Source: an uncultured bacterium (GTDB taxonomy: Bacteria > Krumholzibacteriota > Krumholzibacteriia > JACNKJ01). Taken from it: 64,000 nucleotides of DNA. The translations under genes and the position numbers were made by a program. This document shows positions 44,984 through 56,098 of this stretch, in pieces; within the stretch, counting starts at the first letter, position 1, and every line of letters starts with the position of its first letter. The notes below the pieces were generated by a model that was given only the letters and a program-made list of their open reading frames with translations, was not told where the DNA came from and did not search any database. Where the stretch lies: the NCBI GenBank assembly GCA_963695095.1, contig CAVOFT010000001.1, positions 992,001 to 1,056,000 on the forward strand, given 5' to 3'.

Positions 44984-45853
44984 ATGCGCGCCAAGCTCTT
45001 GCTTCCCTTTGCTTTCTGCTCGTGCCTCGGGGTGGCCTATGCGATCGCCCGCGAGCCCGTCGAGCTGCCTTCCGCCGTAGCCCCAGGGGCCACCGTCAAG
45101 GCGGCCCCGACCGTGCGCAGCCTGCTCATGGCCTCGCGCCAGGGGGCGGCGGCCGGCGACACCCTCGTCCTGGGCGTTCTCCTGGAGCCCGCGGCCGGCT
45201 GGCACCTCTACTGGCAGGGCCTCAACGACAGCGGGCTGCCGCCGCGGCCGCAACTGGAGCTGCCGCCGGGGGCCGTCTACCTCGAGGACTGGCGCTGGCC
45301 GGCGCCGGAGCGCCTCGTCTCGCCGGGGAAGATCCTCGATCACGTCTACAAGGGCCGGCTGCTGCTGACCGCTGCCGTTCTGCTGCCCCCGGAGCTGCCC
45401 GCGGGCGATGACCTGGCCATCGCAGGGCGCGTGGACTGGGTGGCCTGCCGCGAAGCCTGCCACTTCGGGAGCGACACGCTCAGCCTGCACCTGCCCATCC
45501 GCCCGGCGGGGATGCCCCCGCAGGCCTCGGCTGCCGCCGAGCGCATCGCCCAGGTGCGGGCGGCGCTGCCGCGGCCCCTGGCCGCGGGCGAGCAGGGCCT
45601 GACCATCGAACGCGGCGAGCGCGGCCTGCTGATCAGCGTGGCCGGGGCCAAGAGCCTCGCGTTCTTTCCGGCCCTGGGTTGCGTCAAGCTCCTCAACCCG
45701 CTGGCGGACGGGGAGGCCATCGGCGCGCGCCTCAACCTGCGCCTCGCCCATGGCCCCCTGGCACAGGGGAGCTTGCGGGGCGTCCTCGCCGTGCTGGCCG
45801 ACGGCGAACGCAGGCACTATCTTCTGGATCACCCCCTCGACCCGCCGCCCTAG
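44984..45853 (+). CDS. DsbD N-terminal (protein-disulfide reductase) domain protein
   Basis: GWHLYWQGLNDSGLPP, WPAPER, WVACREAC; signal peptide. Confidence 0.85.
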   Translation: MRAKLLLPFAFCSCLGVAYAIAREPVELPSAVAPGATVKAAPTVRSLLMASRQGAAAGDTLVLGVLLEPAAGWHLYWQGLNDSGLPPRPQLELPPGAVYLEDWRWPAPERLVSPGKILDHVYKGRLLLTAAVLLPPELPAGDDLAIAGRVDWVACREACHFGSDTLSLHLPIRPAGMPPQASAAAERIAQVRAALPRPLAAGEQGLTIERGERGLLISVAGAKSLAFFPALGCVKLLNPLADGEAIGARLNLRLAHGPLAQGSLRGVLAVLADGERRHYLLDHPLDPPP

Positions 45854-45883
45854 CCGGGAGCGGGTCCAACCAAGGAGCGATCC

Positions 45884-46492
45884 ATGCACCGCAGCCTGCG
45901 CGGCAGCCTCGCCGTTTGCCTCCTCGTCGCCTTCGCCCTGCCGGCCGCCGCGCTCGGCATCGGCGAGGCGGCCCCCGACTTCACGCTTCGCGACCTCGAC
46001 GGCAAGGAGCACCAGCTCGCCGCCTACCTGAAGGCGGGCAAGACCGTCGTGCTCGAGTGGTTCAACCCCGGCTGTCCCTTCATCGTCAAGCACCATGCGA
46101 CTCACAAGACGATGAACGAGACCGCCGCCGCCGTGGCGGACTCCGGGGTGGTCTGGCTGGCCATCAACTCGGGCGCGCCGGGCAAGCAAGGCCATGGCCT
46201 GGAGCTCAACAGGGAGGCGGCGCTGGACTTCGATCTCAGCTTCCCGGTGCTCCTCGACGAGTCGGGCACGGTCGGCAAGGCCTACGGCGCCAAGACGACG
46301 CCGCACCTTTACCTGATCAGCGCGGACGGCAAGCTGCGCTACCAGGGCGCCATCGACGATGCGCCCAGCCCCGGCGGACCGGTGGGGGAGACCAACTACC
46401 TCGCCGCGGCGCTGGCGGACCTGCTCGCCGGCCGGCCGGTGGCCACGGCCGAGACCAAGCCCTACGGCTGCAGCGTGAAGTACGGGGACTGA
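45884..46492 (+). CDS. Thioredoxin-fold redoxin family protein
   Basis: APDFTL, VVLEWFNPGCPF, YGAKTTPH, YQGAIDD, PYGCSVKY. Confidence 0.92.
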   Translation: MHRSLRGSLAVCLLVAFALPAAALGIGEAAPDFTLRDLDGKEHQLAAYLKAGKTVVLEWFNPGCPFIVKHHATHKTMNETAAAVADSGVVWLAINSGAPGKQGHGLELNREAALDFDLSFPVLLDESGTVGKAYGAKTTPHLYLISADGKLRYQGAIDDAPSPGGPVGETNYLAAALADLLAGRPVATAETKPYGCSVKYGD

Positions 46493-46519
46493 TCGCCCGG
46501 CGGGGTCCCTTCCTGCGCT

Positions 46520-46548
46520 TTGACAGCTGACCAATTCCATGATATCCT
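46520..46548 (+). promoter_or_regulatory. Sigma70 promoter
   Basis: TTGACA-17nt-TATCCT with TG extension. Confidence 0.6.
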
Positions 46549-46575
46549 CCTCCTGAACTCTCAAGGCGGGGCATC

Positions 46576-48291
46576 ATGAAATTGCGCAGGACCCTGGCGT
46601 TGCCGGGCGCCCTGCTGCTCCTCGCAGGCAGCGGCGCCCCGGCGGCGGCTTGGCTCTGGGTTCAGGACGACTGGTCGGGCGGCCACTACGCCGAAGCCGT
46701 GCAGGCCGAAGCCGAGGCCGAGCCGGGCGAGCTGGTCCTGGCCAGCGATCCCGAGCGTTTCATCCCCGCCTTCGACGCCACCGATGCCTATGCGGGCATC
46801 TGGAGCCTGGTGCCCTACCAGGGGCGCCTCCACATGGCCGCCTGCACCGTGCCCATGTCCGACACAGGCGGCGACCTGCTCTCCTACGATCCCGCCACGC
46901 ATGCCACCACCCTCGACTACGCCGTCTTCGAAGAGGGCAACATCGTCCTGCGCGAAGAGGGCGGTCTCCTGATGAGCCCGGGCCTCGACAACCTGGGCAG
47001 CTGGGACTGGGGCAACCTCTATCTCAACGACGGCACGGGCTGGCTGCGCAAGGAGACGGTGCCCGGCGCCCTCCACGTGCACGACGTGGCCATGCACCTG
47101 GGCAGGCTCTACGTGACGACCGGCCTGGGCCCACCGGGCTTCGAGGGCGCCTTGCTCGTCTCCGACGACCTCGGCGACACCTGGCAGCAGGTGATGGCCG
47201 TGCCGCCGCACCCGCCGGACAACTACTTCCGGCGCCTCTACGGCCTGGCGAGCTGGGGCGGCGCCCTCTGGGTGCAGAGCGACTTCTGGTGGCCCGAGGG
47301 CAAGGTCGTCTACGAGCTGCGCGGCGGCGTCACCACCGCGCACACGGTGCCGGCCGGCGCCTACACCCTCTGCGGCTTCGCGAGCTTCGCCGGCCGTCTG
47401 CTCTGCCTCACGGGCACTCTATTGGACTCCTGGGACGGCAGCCTCTGGCGCGGCCTGCTGCTGGACCGGCCCTCCCACAACTTCGGCACGCGGGCCCTGC
47501 TGGTGCGTGGCGGGCGGGTCTACGTCGGCGGCTTCGAGGGCGCTTCCTGGACCGACGACTTGGCCACCTGGCATGCGCTCGAGTTCACCGATTTCGCCGG
47601 GAAGGAGGTGGAGGCCTTCGCCGCACTTCATGGCCGCCTCTACGCGGGCACGCTCGGGGCCGGGGAGGTCTACGTGAACCCGGCCGAGCCGGAGGGCCTG
47701 CTGGTCAGCGAGGCCTTCGGCGCGCCGGCACCATTCTGTGCGGGCAGCCTGGACTGGACGGGCATCCAACCGCCGGGAACGGGCCTTGCCTTTCAGCTGC
47801 GCTCCGCCGCCAGCGAGGCGCTGCTGGCCGCCGCCCCCTTCCTCGGCCCCGACGGCGGCGCCGAGAGCTGGTACACGCAGGCGGGCGCCCCGATCTCCTC
47901 GGCGCACTGCGGCGATCGCTGGCTGCAGTGGCGCCTGCGCCTGACGAGCGGCGATCCCGCCCTGAGCCCCGTGCTGGAGCGCGTGGCCATCGAGCTCGAG
48001 CCGGCGCAGGCGACGGCCGCGCCAGCCGCGGCCGCTGCGGGTGCGCTGCGGGCCTGGCCCAATCCCTTCACGGAGACGCTGCAGCTTGCCGCGCCCGGGC
48101 GCGCGGGGGGCGCCTTCGCGATCTACGACGCGGCGGGCCGCTGCCGGCGCCGCCTGCCGGCGAGCGGGAACGCCGCCGCCTGGGACGGCCGCGATGCGGC
48201 GGGCAGGCAACTGCCCGCCGGTGTCTACTTGGTTCGCCACGAAGGCGCGGGGGCGGCGGGAGCGACCTGCCGCGTGCTGCGTCTGCGTTGA
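46576..48291 (+). CDS. Secreted beta-propeller protein with C-terminal FlgD-Ig/T9SS-like domain
   Basis: Signal peptide; WVQDDWSGG; repeated GRLY.. blades and SDDLGDTW (BNR-like); C-terminus WPNPFT...YDAAGR...WDGRDAAGRQLPAGVYLVR. Confidence 0.85.
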   Translation: MKLRRTLALPGALLLLAGSGAPAAAWLWVQDDWSGGHYAEAVQAEAEAEPGELVLASDPERFIPAFDATDAYAGIWSLVPYQGRLHMAACTVPMSDTGGDLLSYDPATHATTLDYAVFEEGNIVLREEGGLLMSPGLDNLGSWDWGNLYLNDGTGWLRKETVPGALHVHDVAMHLGRLYVTTGLGPPGFEGALLVSDDLGDTWQQVMAVPPHPPDNYFRRLYGLASWGGALWVQSDFWWPEGKVVYELRGGVTTAHTVPAGAYTLCGFASFAGRLLCLTGTLLDSWDGSLWRGLLLDRPSHNFGTRALLVRGGRVYVGGFEGASWTDDLATWHALEFTDFAGKEVEAFAALHGRLYAGTLGAGEVYVNPAEPEGLLVSEAFGAPAPFCAGSLDWTGIQPPGTGLAFQLRSAASEALLAAAPFLGPDGGAESWYTQAGAPISSAHCGDRWLQWRLRLTSGDPALSPVLERVAIELEPAQATAAPAAAAAGALRAWPNPFTETLQLAAPGRAGGAFAIYDAAGRCRRRLPASGNAAAWDGRDAAGRQLPAGVYLVRHEGAGAAGATCRVLRLR

Positions 48292-48313
48292 AATGGGGAA
48301 AGGGAGGTCGAGG

Positions 48314-48964
48314 ATGAAACGAATGCTAGTGATCCTGCTGGGCCTGGCGCTGTGCGCCGCACCCGCGATGGGCGGCACTCAGAGCCTGGGGCCGACGAGC
48401 GGGCAGGCCCCCGTGGCGCCCACGGGGGAGCCGCCGGAGGGGGGGCGCTGGCTGATTGAGGACGGCAGCTTCGAGGAAGGCAATTGCGCTTACGGCTCCT
48501 GGTGGACCTGCACCAGCAACACCGACTGCGAGTGGATCGTCGATCCCTCGCCCATCTGGGGCTACCCAGCCTATGATGGCTACAATGCCGCCTGGCTGGG
48601 GGGCTTCTGCAACGATCAGCCCAACAGCAACTCCTTCTGCCAGGATGTCTTTCTCTGGGGCTGCCTCGGCGGGTGGATCGAGTGGAAATGGATGGGCTGG
48701 GTGCAGAACAACGACGGCAATACCATGCGCGTCACGGTCGACGGCGACGTCATCTTCGAGAAGGTGATGACGACGGCCGATCACACCGTCGGCACCTGGG
48801 GTACCCTCTGGGCGGAGGCCTGGCAGTACAACGGCACCTACGAGTTGTGCTTCGAGTTCGAGGCGACGACCGGCGCCAACATGCTGATCGACTACGTCAC
48901 GATGGCCTACTCGCCCACGGCGGTGATGCCGGCCAGCATCTCGACGGTGAAGAGCCTGTACTAG
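48314..48964 (+). CDS. Secreted Cys/Trp-rich beta-sandwich protein with C-terminal SISTVKSLY tail
   Basis: [28 protein letters not shown] signal peptide, [11 protein letters not shown]-like start, ends [16 protein letters not shown]. Confidence 0.8.
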   Translation: MKRMLVILLGLALCAAPAMGGTQSLGPTSGQAPVAPTGEPPEGGRWLIEDGSFEEGNCAYGSWWTCTSNTDCEWIVDPSPIWGYPAYDGYNAAWLGGFCNDQPNSNSFCQDVFLWGCLGGWIEWKWMGWVQNNDGNTMRVTVDGDVIFEKVMTTADHTVGTWGTLWAEAWQYNGTYELCFEFEATTGANMLIDYVTMAYSPTAVMPASISTVKSLY

Positions 48965-48982
48965 GCGGGCGACGCGGGCGAA

Positions 48983-49949
<967 letters not shown>

Positions 49950-50143
49950 TCTCATGCCTCCCCCTGCGCCCCTAATCATAGGACTTGCCTGACGGGGCAC
50001 AAGGGCCAAAGCGAGCTTGGGAACCCTTTCCCATGGCGCCGCTTTTTGCTTGTCAGCCGAGCGGACCCCCTGCCATGATGCGCCGTTGGGACGCCGCTGC
50101 CATGCTGCCAAGCGGCCGCGGGTGGCGCCGAAAGGTAGGGTTC

Positions 50144-51362
50144 GTGCTTCAGCGACTGCTCTCGCTCGCCGCCTTGCTCGCTCTGCTCTACTTGCCCTCC
50201 CTCGCCATCGCTCAGGATTCGACCCTCGTCGCCACCTCCCTGCGGCCGCCCACGGGCCTTCTTGCCGCCGACAACCCCGACGACAACGGCCACGGGATCC
50301 TCCTGCGCTGGTCGGCCTCGCCCGATGACGCCGAGCTGCTGGTCTACGAGATCTGGCGCGGCCCGGCAGCGACGGCGCCGGATTCGTCCTGGTTCCAGGT
50401 CGGCAGCGAGCCCCGCGGCGGCGAGCGCTTCGTCCATTTCGACCAGGATCCCAGCTTCCACGGCGAGCCCAATCCCGCCTTTGTCGCCATCGGCGAGCCG
50501 GTCTTCCTGCGCCTGCGCGGCCGCGCGAGCGGCGGCCGCGTCACGGCCTGGACGCCGGTGGCGAGCGCCGCCGGGCGCGGCAACTGGTTCCACCGGGGCA
50601 AGACGAACATCCTCGCGGCGACGCTGCTCTTCGGCGGCGCCGTCATGTTCTTCATCGCCTCCTCGCGCCGGGGCCGCGAGCTCTACATCCGTCCCATCCC
50701 CGGCCTCAGCGCCGTGGATGAGGCCATCGGCCGCGCCACCGAGATGGGCACGCCCATCCTCTACGTGCTGGGCACGGGCACCGCCGGCGACGTCGCCACC
50801 ATCGCCGGCTACACCATTCTTTCCCGCGTGGCCCGCCGCACGGCGGAGTACCAGACGCCGATCCTGGTGCCGGTGAACGACCCGGTGATGCTGGCCATGG
50901 GCCAGGAGGTGGTCAAGGAGGCCTACACGCAGGCCGGCCGGCCCGAGGTCTACCGGCCCGAGAACATCAGCTACGTCTCGGCCATGCAGTTCCCCTACGT
51001 GGCCGCGGTGCAACGGCATCATGCTGCGCGAGAAGCCGGCGACCAACTTCTACATGGGCGTCTTCCACGCCGAGAGCCTGCTGCTGGCCGAGACCGGCAG
51101 CGGTACCGGTTCCATCCAGATCTCCGGCACGGACCAGGTGTCGCAGATCCCCTTCTTCGTCGCCGCCACCGACTACACCCTGATCGGCGAGGAGCTCTAC
51201 GCGGCCAGCGCCTACCTCTCGCGGGAGCCGGCCCAGCTCGGGCCGCTCAAGGCGCAGGACTATGCCAAGATCATCATCATCCTGATCATCGTCGCCGGGG
51301 TGCTCGCCCTCACCTTCGCGAAGTGGGACGGCATCCTTAATCTCGTGCGCACATCGGTCTGA
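50144..51362 (+). CDS. FN3-like plus DUF6754-like membrane protein (frameshift near 51010)
   Basis: Signal peptide, [23 protein letters not shown]3-like domain, then [62 protein letters not shown]. Confidence 0.8.
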
Positions 51363-51368
51363 GGCGCC

Positions 51369-51998
51369 ATGAAGAAGCAGATACCCATCCTGATCGTGTT
51401 CATCACCGGCCTCATCATGGTGATGCAGTTCTTCGTGCCCCACGCGTACTCGGAGATCCTGTTCGAGTACGCCAACGACTTCGTCATCGTGATCGGCATC
51501 CTCGCCTTGCCCCTGGGCATCTTCTCCCTGATGCGGGGCACCGTGAACAAGGCCCGCAAGGACCCGCGCGAGCGCTTCTACGCCATCGTGACCATCGCGG
51601 GCTTCTTGATCATGGTCGCAGCCGGCGTCCAGCGCACCCAATTCACGACGCCGGGCACCCTGCTGCAGAACATGTTCAACTACGTGATGATCCCCTGCCA
51701 GGCGACGATCTTCTCCATGCTGGCCTTCTACATCGCCAGCGCGGCCTACCGCGCCTTCCGGGTGCGCACCTGGCTGGCCACGGTGCTGCTGGTGACGGCC
51801 TTCATCGTCATGCTGCGCATCGTGCCTTTGCCCGAGCCGCTCTCGAGCTGGAACAGCGCCGCCGTGCAGTGGATCCTGGCGGTGCCCAACATGGCCTCCA
51901 AGCGGGCCATCATCATCGGCGTCGGCCTGGGCGCCATCTCCTACAGCATGAAGATCATCCTCGGCATCGAGCGGGGCTACATGGGAGGCGACAAGTGA
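51369..51998 (+). CDS. Multi-pass membrane protein of DUF6754-type operon
   Basis: ~6 TM; ATIFSMLAFYIASAAYRAFR and WILAVPNMASKRAIIIGVGLG...ILGIER. Confidence 0.85.
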   Translation: MKKQIPILIVFITGLIMVMQFFVPHAYSEILFEYANDFVIVIGILALPLGIFSLMRGTVNKARKDPRERFYAIVTIAGFLIMVAAGVQRTQFTTPGTLLQNMFNYVMIPCQATIFSMLAFYIASAAYRAFRVRTWLATVLLVTAFIVMLRIVPLPEPLSSWNSAAVQWILAVPNMASKRAIIIGVGLGAISYSMKIILGIERGYMGGDK

Positions 51999-52026
51999 CG
52001 CGCGAGCCGGCGAGGAGTGTGAGCGC

Positions 52027-52873
52027 ATGAACGGCGCGGGACAGGCCTGGTACGATCGACTGCTGAACATCGACCGGCGCTGGATCTACTTGCTGATGGC
52101 CATCGTGGTCATCGTGCCGGCCATCCGGCCCTTCGCGGTGCCCGTGGGCATCTCGGGCGAGGTGCGCTCCGTGCACGATTTCATCGAGGCCCTGCAGCCG
52201 GGGCAGGTCGTCCACCTCGCCATCGACTACGACCCGTCCACCCTCGCCGAGCTGCACCCGATGGCCGAGGCGATCCTGCATCAGTGCTTCGACCAAGGAC
52301 CTGCGCCTGGTGATTACCGCGCTTTCGCAGTTCGGGCCGGCGATGGCGGACGAGGTCGTCACCCGCGTGGCCGCCGAGTACGGCAAGCAGGTCGGCATTG
52401 ACTACACCTTCCTCGGCTACAAGCCCTATCCGGGCATCACCATCCTCGCCATGGGCACCGATTACCGGGTGCCCTTTCCGACCGACTACTACGGTACGCC
52501 GGTGGACGCGATCCCGATGATGCAGGACATCCACAACTACGCCAATGTCGCCTGCGTCGTCTCGCTGGCGGGCGGCAACGTGGCCGACATGTGGATCCAG
52601 TACGGCAACGCCAAGTACGGCGTGCCCGTGGCGCTGGGCGTCACCGGGGTGATGGCCTCCGATTACTACCCCTATCTCCAGTCGGGGCAGATCTTCGGGC
52701 TCCTGCCCGGCGTCAAGGGCGCCGCGGAGTACGAGAGCCTGCGCGGCCGCCCGGGCGAGGCCTCCCGCGGCATGCCCTATCAAGTGACCAGCCACCTGCT
52801 GATCCTCATCGCGATGGTGGTTGCCAATATCGGCTTCATCGCCCAGCGGCGGGCGCGCGCAGGAGCGAGGTAA
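52027..52873 (+). CDS. Membrane-anchored protein of DUF6754-type operon (frameshift near 52295)
   Basis: IDRRWIYLL TM, DYDPSTLAELHPM, DYTFLGYKP, YPYLQSGQIFGLLPGVKGAAEYE, C-terminal TM. Confidence 0.82.
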
Positions 52874-52876
52874 GGC

Positions 52877-53512
52877 ATGGACATGAGCTGGACATCGCTC
52901 GTCTGGCAAGGCGGAGCCGCCTTCCTGACCCTGGCCGTCTTCTCCTTCCTCTACGCGGACAACCCCTTCTACAAGTTCGCCGAGCGGCTTTGGGTGGGCG
53001 TGGCCACCGGCTACTGGACGATGCTGCTTTACCATCAGGGCTTCAGCGACAAGGTTCTCCTGCCCATCTTCACCGAGCACAAGTGGTACTACTTCGCCCC
53101 GGTGGTGCTCGGCCTGCTGATGTGGTTCCGTCTCTCGCCGCGCCTGGGCTGGGTGAGCCGCTATGCCCTGGGCTTCTACGTCGGCATCTCGACGGGCATC
53201 TTCATCCCGCTCGCCTTCAAGACGGCGATCTTCCTGCAGGTGGAGGGGACGATCCGCCCGGTGAGGGGATTCTGGCCGACGGTGAACTTCACGCTGGCGC
53301 TGCTGGGCGTGATCTGCGGGCTGGCCTACTTCTTCTTCTCGCGGCCCCACACCGGCCTGCTCGGCGTCATGTCGCGCACGGGCATCTACACGCTGATGAT
53401 CGGCTTCGGCGCCGGCTTCGGCCTGACCGTGATGGGCCGCGTCGCCCTGCTGGTGCAGCGCGTCATCTTCATGCGCGACTACTTCGCCGCCCTGTGGGGC
53501 AAGCTCTTCTAG
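52877..53512 (+). CDS. Multi-pass membrane protein of DUF6754-type operon
   Basis: LTLAVFSFLYADNPFYKFAERLWVGV, YFFFS, LMIGFGAGFGLTVMGR. Confidence 0.85.
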   Translation: MDMSWTSLVWQGGAAFLTLAVFSFLYADNPFYKFAERLWVGVATGYWTMLLYHQGFSDKVLLPIFTEHKWYYFAPVVLGLLMWFRLSPRLGWVSRYALGFYVGISTGIFIPLAFKTAIFLQVEGTIRPVRGFWPTVNFTLALLGVICGLAYFFFSRPHTGLLGVMSRTGIYTLMIGFGAGFGLTVMGRVALLVQRVIFMRDYFAALWGKLF

Positions 53513-53532
53513 CCTGGCCCGCGCCGCGGGCC

Positions 53533-54153
53533 TCAGCCGCCCTTGGGGCGCGGCAGCTCGAAGAGCGCTTCGCCGGCGACGTGCACGTACCAGTCGGCGC
53601 CCAGCCGGCCGATCAGGTCCAGCTTGCGCGCATCGGGCCCGTCCGCGGCGAGCACCTGCTCGGCGACGTGCACGTAGAGCGCCTCCCCGATGACGTAGTT
53701 GCTCGCCAGCGGCCCCTCGCCGTGGCGCAGGATGCGGTGGAGCCGGCACTCGATCGCCACCGGGCTCTCCGCCACCCGCGGCGGCTTCACGCGCAGGGAG
53801 GCCGCGCGCGCGAAGCCGACGGCGTCGAACTCGTCCACATCGGGCGGATAGCTCCAGGAGGCCTGGTTCATGCGGTCGGCCATGGCCCGCGTCACCACGT
53901 TGACCACGAACTCGCCCGTGGTCTCCACGTTGCGCACCGTGTCCTTCACCGAGCCGTCGCGCGTGTTGGTCGCGCAGAAGACGAGGCTGGGCGGGTTGAG
54001 GCCGCCCAGGTTGAAGTAGGAGAAGGGCGCCAGGTTGCCGCGGCCCGCGGGATCGAGACAGCTGACGAAGGCGATCGGCCGCGGCCCCACGATGCGCGTG
54101 AGCAGCTGGTAGCTGTCGCGGCGCTCCATGGCGCCCAGATCGTAACCGACCAT
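53533..54153 (-). CDS. Flavin reductase-like FMN-binding protein
   Basis: PRPIAFVS, NLAPFSYFN, KDTVRN, GEFVVN, IGRLG. Confidence 0.9.
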   Translation of the reverse strand: MVGYDLGAMERRDSYQLLTRIVGPRPIAFVSCLDPAGRGNLAPFSYFNLGGLNPPSLVFCATNTRDGSVKDTVRNVETTGEFVVNVVTRAMADRMNQASWSYPPDVDEFDAVGFARAASLRVKPPRVAESPVAIECRLHRILRHGEGPLASNYVIGEALYVHVAEQVLAADGPDARKLDLIGRLGADWYVHVAGEALFELPRPKGG

Positions 54154-54158
54154 GGCGC

Positions 54159-55310
54159 CTACTCCAGCCAGCTGAGGAGGTAGTCCGCGTCCTCCACCGC
54201 GAGCGCCGATTTGGCGACGCGCAGGGGGCGGAAGGTGTCGAGCATCACGGCCAGCTCGTCGGTGCGCGCGGCGCCGATCGACTTTTCCATCGTGCCCGGA
54301 TGCGGGCCGTGCGGCATGCCGTCGGGGTGCAGGGTGAGCGAGCCGTACTCGATGCCCTTGCGGCTCATGAACTCGTCCTTGGCGTAGTAGAGCACCTCGT
54401 CGGACATGGCGTTGCTGTGGTTGTAGGGCGCCGGCACGGCGTCCGGATGGAAGTCGTAGAGCCGGGGCACGAAGGAGCAGACGACGAAGCCGTCGCCCTG
54501 GAAGGTCTGGTGCACCGGCGGCGGCTGGTGCAGGCGGCCGACGATGGGCTCGAAGTCGCCGATGTTGAAGGCCCAGGGGAAGTAGTAGCCGTCCCAGCCC
54601 ACGACGTCGAAGGGGTGGTGGGCCATCACCAGCTCGTGCAGCGCATTGTACTGCTTCGTGAGCACGACGAACTCGCCCTCCTCGTCGACGGTCTCCAGGC
54701 GCTCGGGCGCGCGCAGGTCGCGCTCGCAGAAGGGGCTGTGCTCGAGGAGCTGGCCGAATTCATTGCGATAGCGCCGCGGCGTCTCGATGGCGCCGGCCGA
54801 CTCGATGATCAGCAGGCGCGCCGGGCCCTCCAGCACGAAGCGGTGGATGATGCCGCGCGGGATGACGACGTAGTCGCCCTGCCGCAGGCTGAGCGTGCCC
54901 AGCGTCGACTCGAGGCGGCCGCCGCCCTCGGCGAGAAAGACGAGCTCGTCGCCCTGGGCGTTCTTGTAGAAGAAGTCGTCCACCCGGTCCGGCTGCGCGA
55001 AGGAGACGGCCACGTCGCGGTTGAAGAGCACGGGCCGCCGGTCCAGCACGGGGCTGCCGCCGGCCGGCAGGCGGTGCAGGCGCAGGTGGCGCGGCCGCAG
55101 GCGCACATCCGGGTCCGCTGCCCAGACGACCGGCTCGCGCAGATTCACGGCCTGGTGCCGGGTGGGCCGGCGCAGGTGGTACATCAGCGAGGCGGGGCCG
55201 GTGAAGCCCTTGTTGCCCATCAGGTGCTCGTAATGGAAGGCACCGTCCTCGCCCTTGAAGACGGTGTGGCGCTTCTGGGGAATCCTGCCCAGGCGGTGGT
55301 AGAAGGGCAT
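54159..55310 (-). CDS. hmgA: Homogentisate 1,2-dioxygenase
   Basis: MPFYHRLGRIPQKRHT, HPFDVVGWDGY, GRLHQPPPVHQTF, PYNHSN, SLTLHPDGMPHGPHPG. Confidence 0.95.
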   Translation of the reverse strand: MPFYHRLGRIPQKRHTVFKGEDGAFHYEHLMGNKGFTGPASLMYHLRRPTRHQAVNLREPVVWAADPDVRLRPRHLRLHRLPAGGSPVLDRRPVLFNRDVAVSFAQPDRVDDFFYKNAQGDELVFLAEGGGRLESTLGTLSLRQGDYVVIPRGIIHRFVLEGPARLLIIESAGAIETPRRYRNEFGQLLEHSPFCERDLRAPERLETVDEEGEFVVLTKQYNALHELVMAHHPFDVVGWDGYYFPWAFNIGDFEPIVGRLHQPPPVHQTFQGDGFVVCSFVPRLYDFHPDAVPAPYNHSNAMSDEVLYYAKDEFMSRKGIEYGSLTLHPDGMPHGPHPGTMEKSIGAARTDELAVMLDTFRPLRVAKSALAVEDADYLLSWLE

Positions 55311-55389
55311 GCTGGTCTCCGGTTGGCTGAGGGGGTAAGGCGGCGAGTGTGCCCGAAACCCGCCCGCTTGTAAACCGGCTGGTCGCTGA

Positions 55390-56075
55390 CCCAAGGAGAG
55401 CCGGTGGGTCGCAGGCGCGGATCCGCCGGCGTTGCCGATGCCCACTGCGTAGAGGCCGACGCTGACGCCGAGGCGGGGATGCGTCTTGATGCGCTGCCAG
55501 GCGCGGAACATGCCGTCCGACCAGGAGATGTCATCGAAGACGAAGACAGCCTCCTCGGTGAGGTGCGGCAGCAGCAGCGCCAGGTACTGTAACGTGGCCT
55601 TTTCGTCGTGATGACCGTCGATGCCCGCGAAGTCGATGGCGGGGGCCCCCGCGAGATAGGAGACCAGGATGTCGGCGAAGCGTCCCTGTTCCGCGAGCAC
55701 ATTGGGCAGGCCCAGCTCCTCGAAACTGCGGCGCTAGCGCGACGCGGGGCGGCGAAAACTCCATCATGACCAGTTCGCCCCCGCCGTTTAGATCCAGGGC
55801 GCCGGCGGTGGAGGCGGCCGAGAGACCGATGCAGGTGCCGAGTTCGAGGCCATGCTCAGGTCGGAACTCGCGCAGCAGCCGAAAGAGCATGAGCAAGGAA
55901 AACGGTGCCCGCGGCTGTCGGCTCGAGCAACGTGCCCGATGGTCTATCCGTCCAGGTCGTCGCTGCGTCGCTCCAGGCGCTCGCGCAGGGCCCGCACCGG
56001 CGCAAGGCGTCCGGCCAGGGTATCCCGGAGCGCACGACTGAGAGCCGCCATCCGGGAATTGTCACTCGCCCGCAT
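55390..56075 (-). pseudogene. Class I SAM-dependent methyltransferase (Methyltransf_24-like), broken
   Basis: LFRLLREFRPEHGLELGTCIGLS and IDGHHDEKATLQY...VFVFDDISWS.GM..AW in different frames; apparent in-frame TAG at ~55944; stop not evident; boundaries approximate. Confidence 0.65.
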
Positions 56076-56098
56076 GCGGCGCAAACTGGGAGGCCGGA

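Noticed and set aside
54159..55700. Methyltransferase-HmgA fusion
   Set aside because: HmgA has a typical start (MPFYH) with GGAG RBS at 55310; the upstream part belongs to the broken methyltransferase
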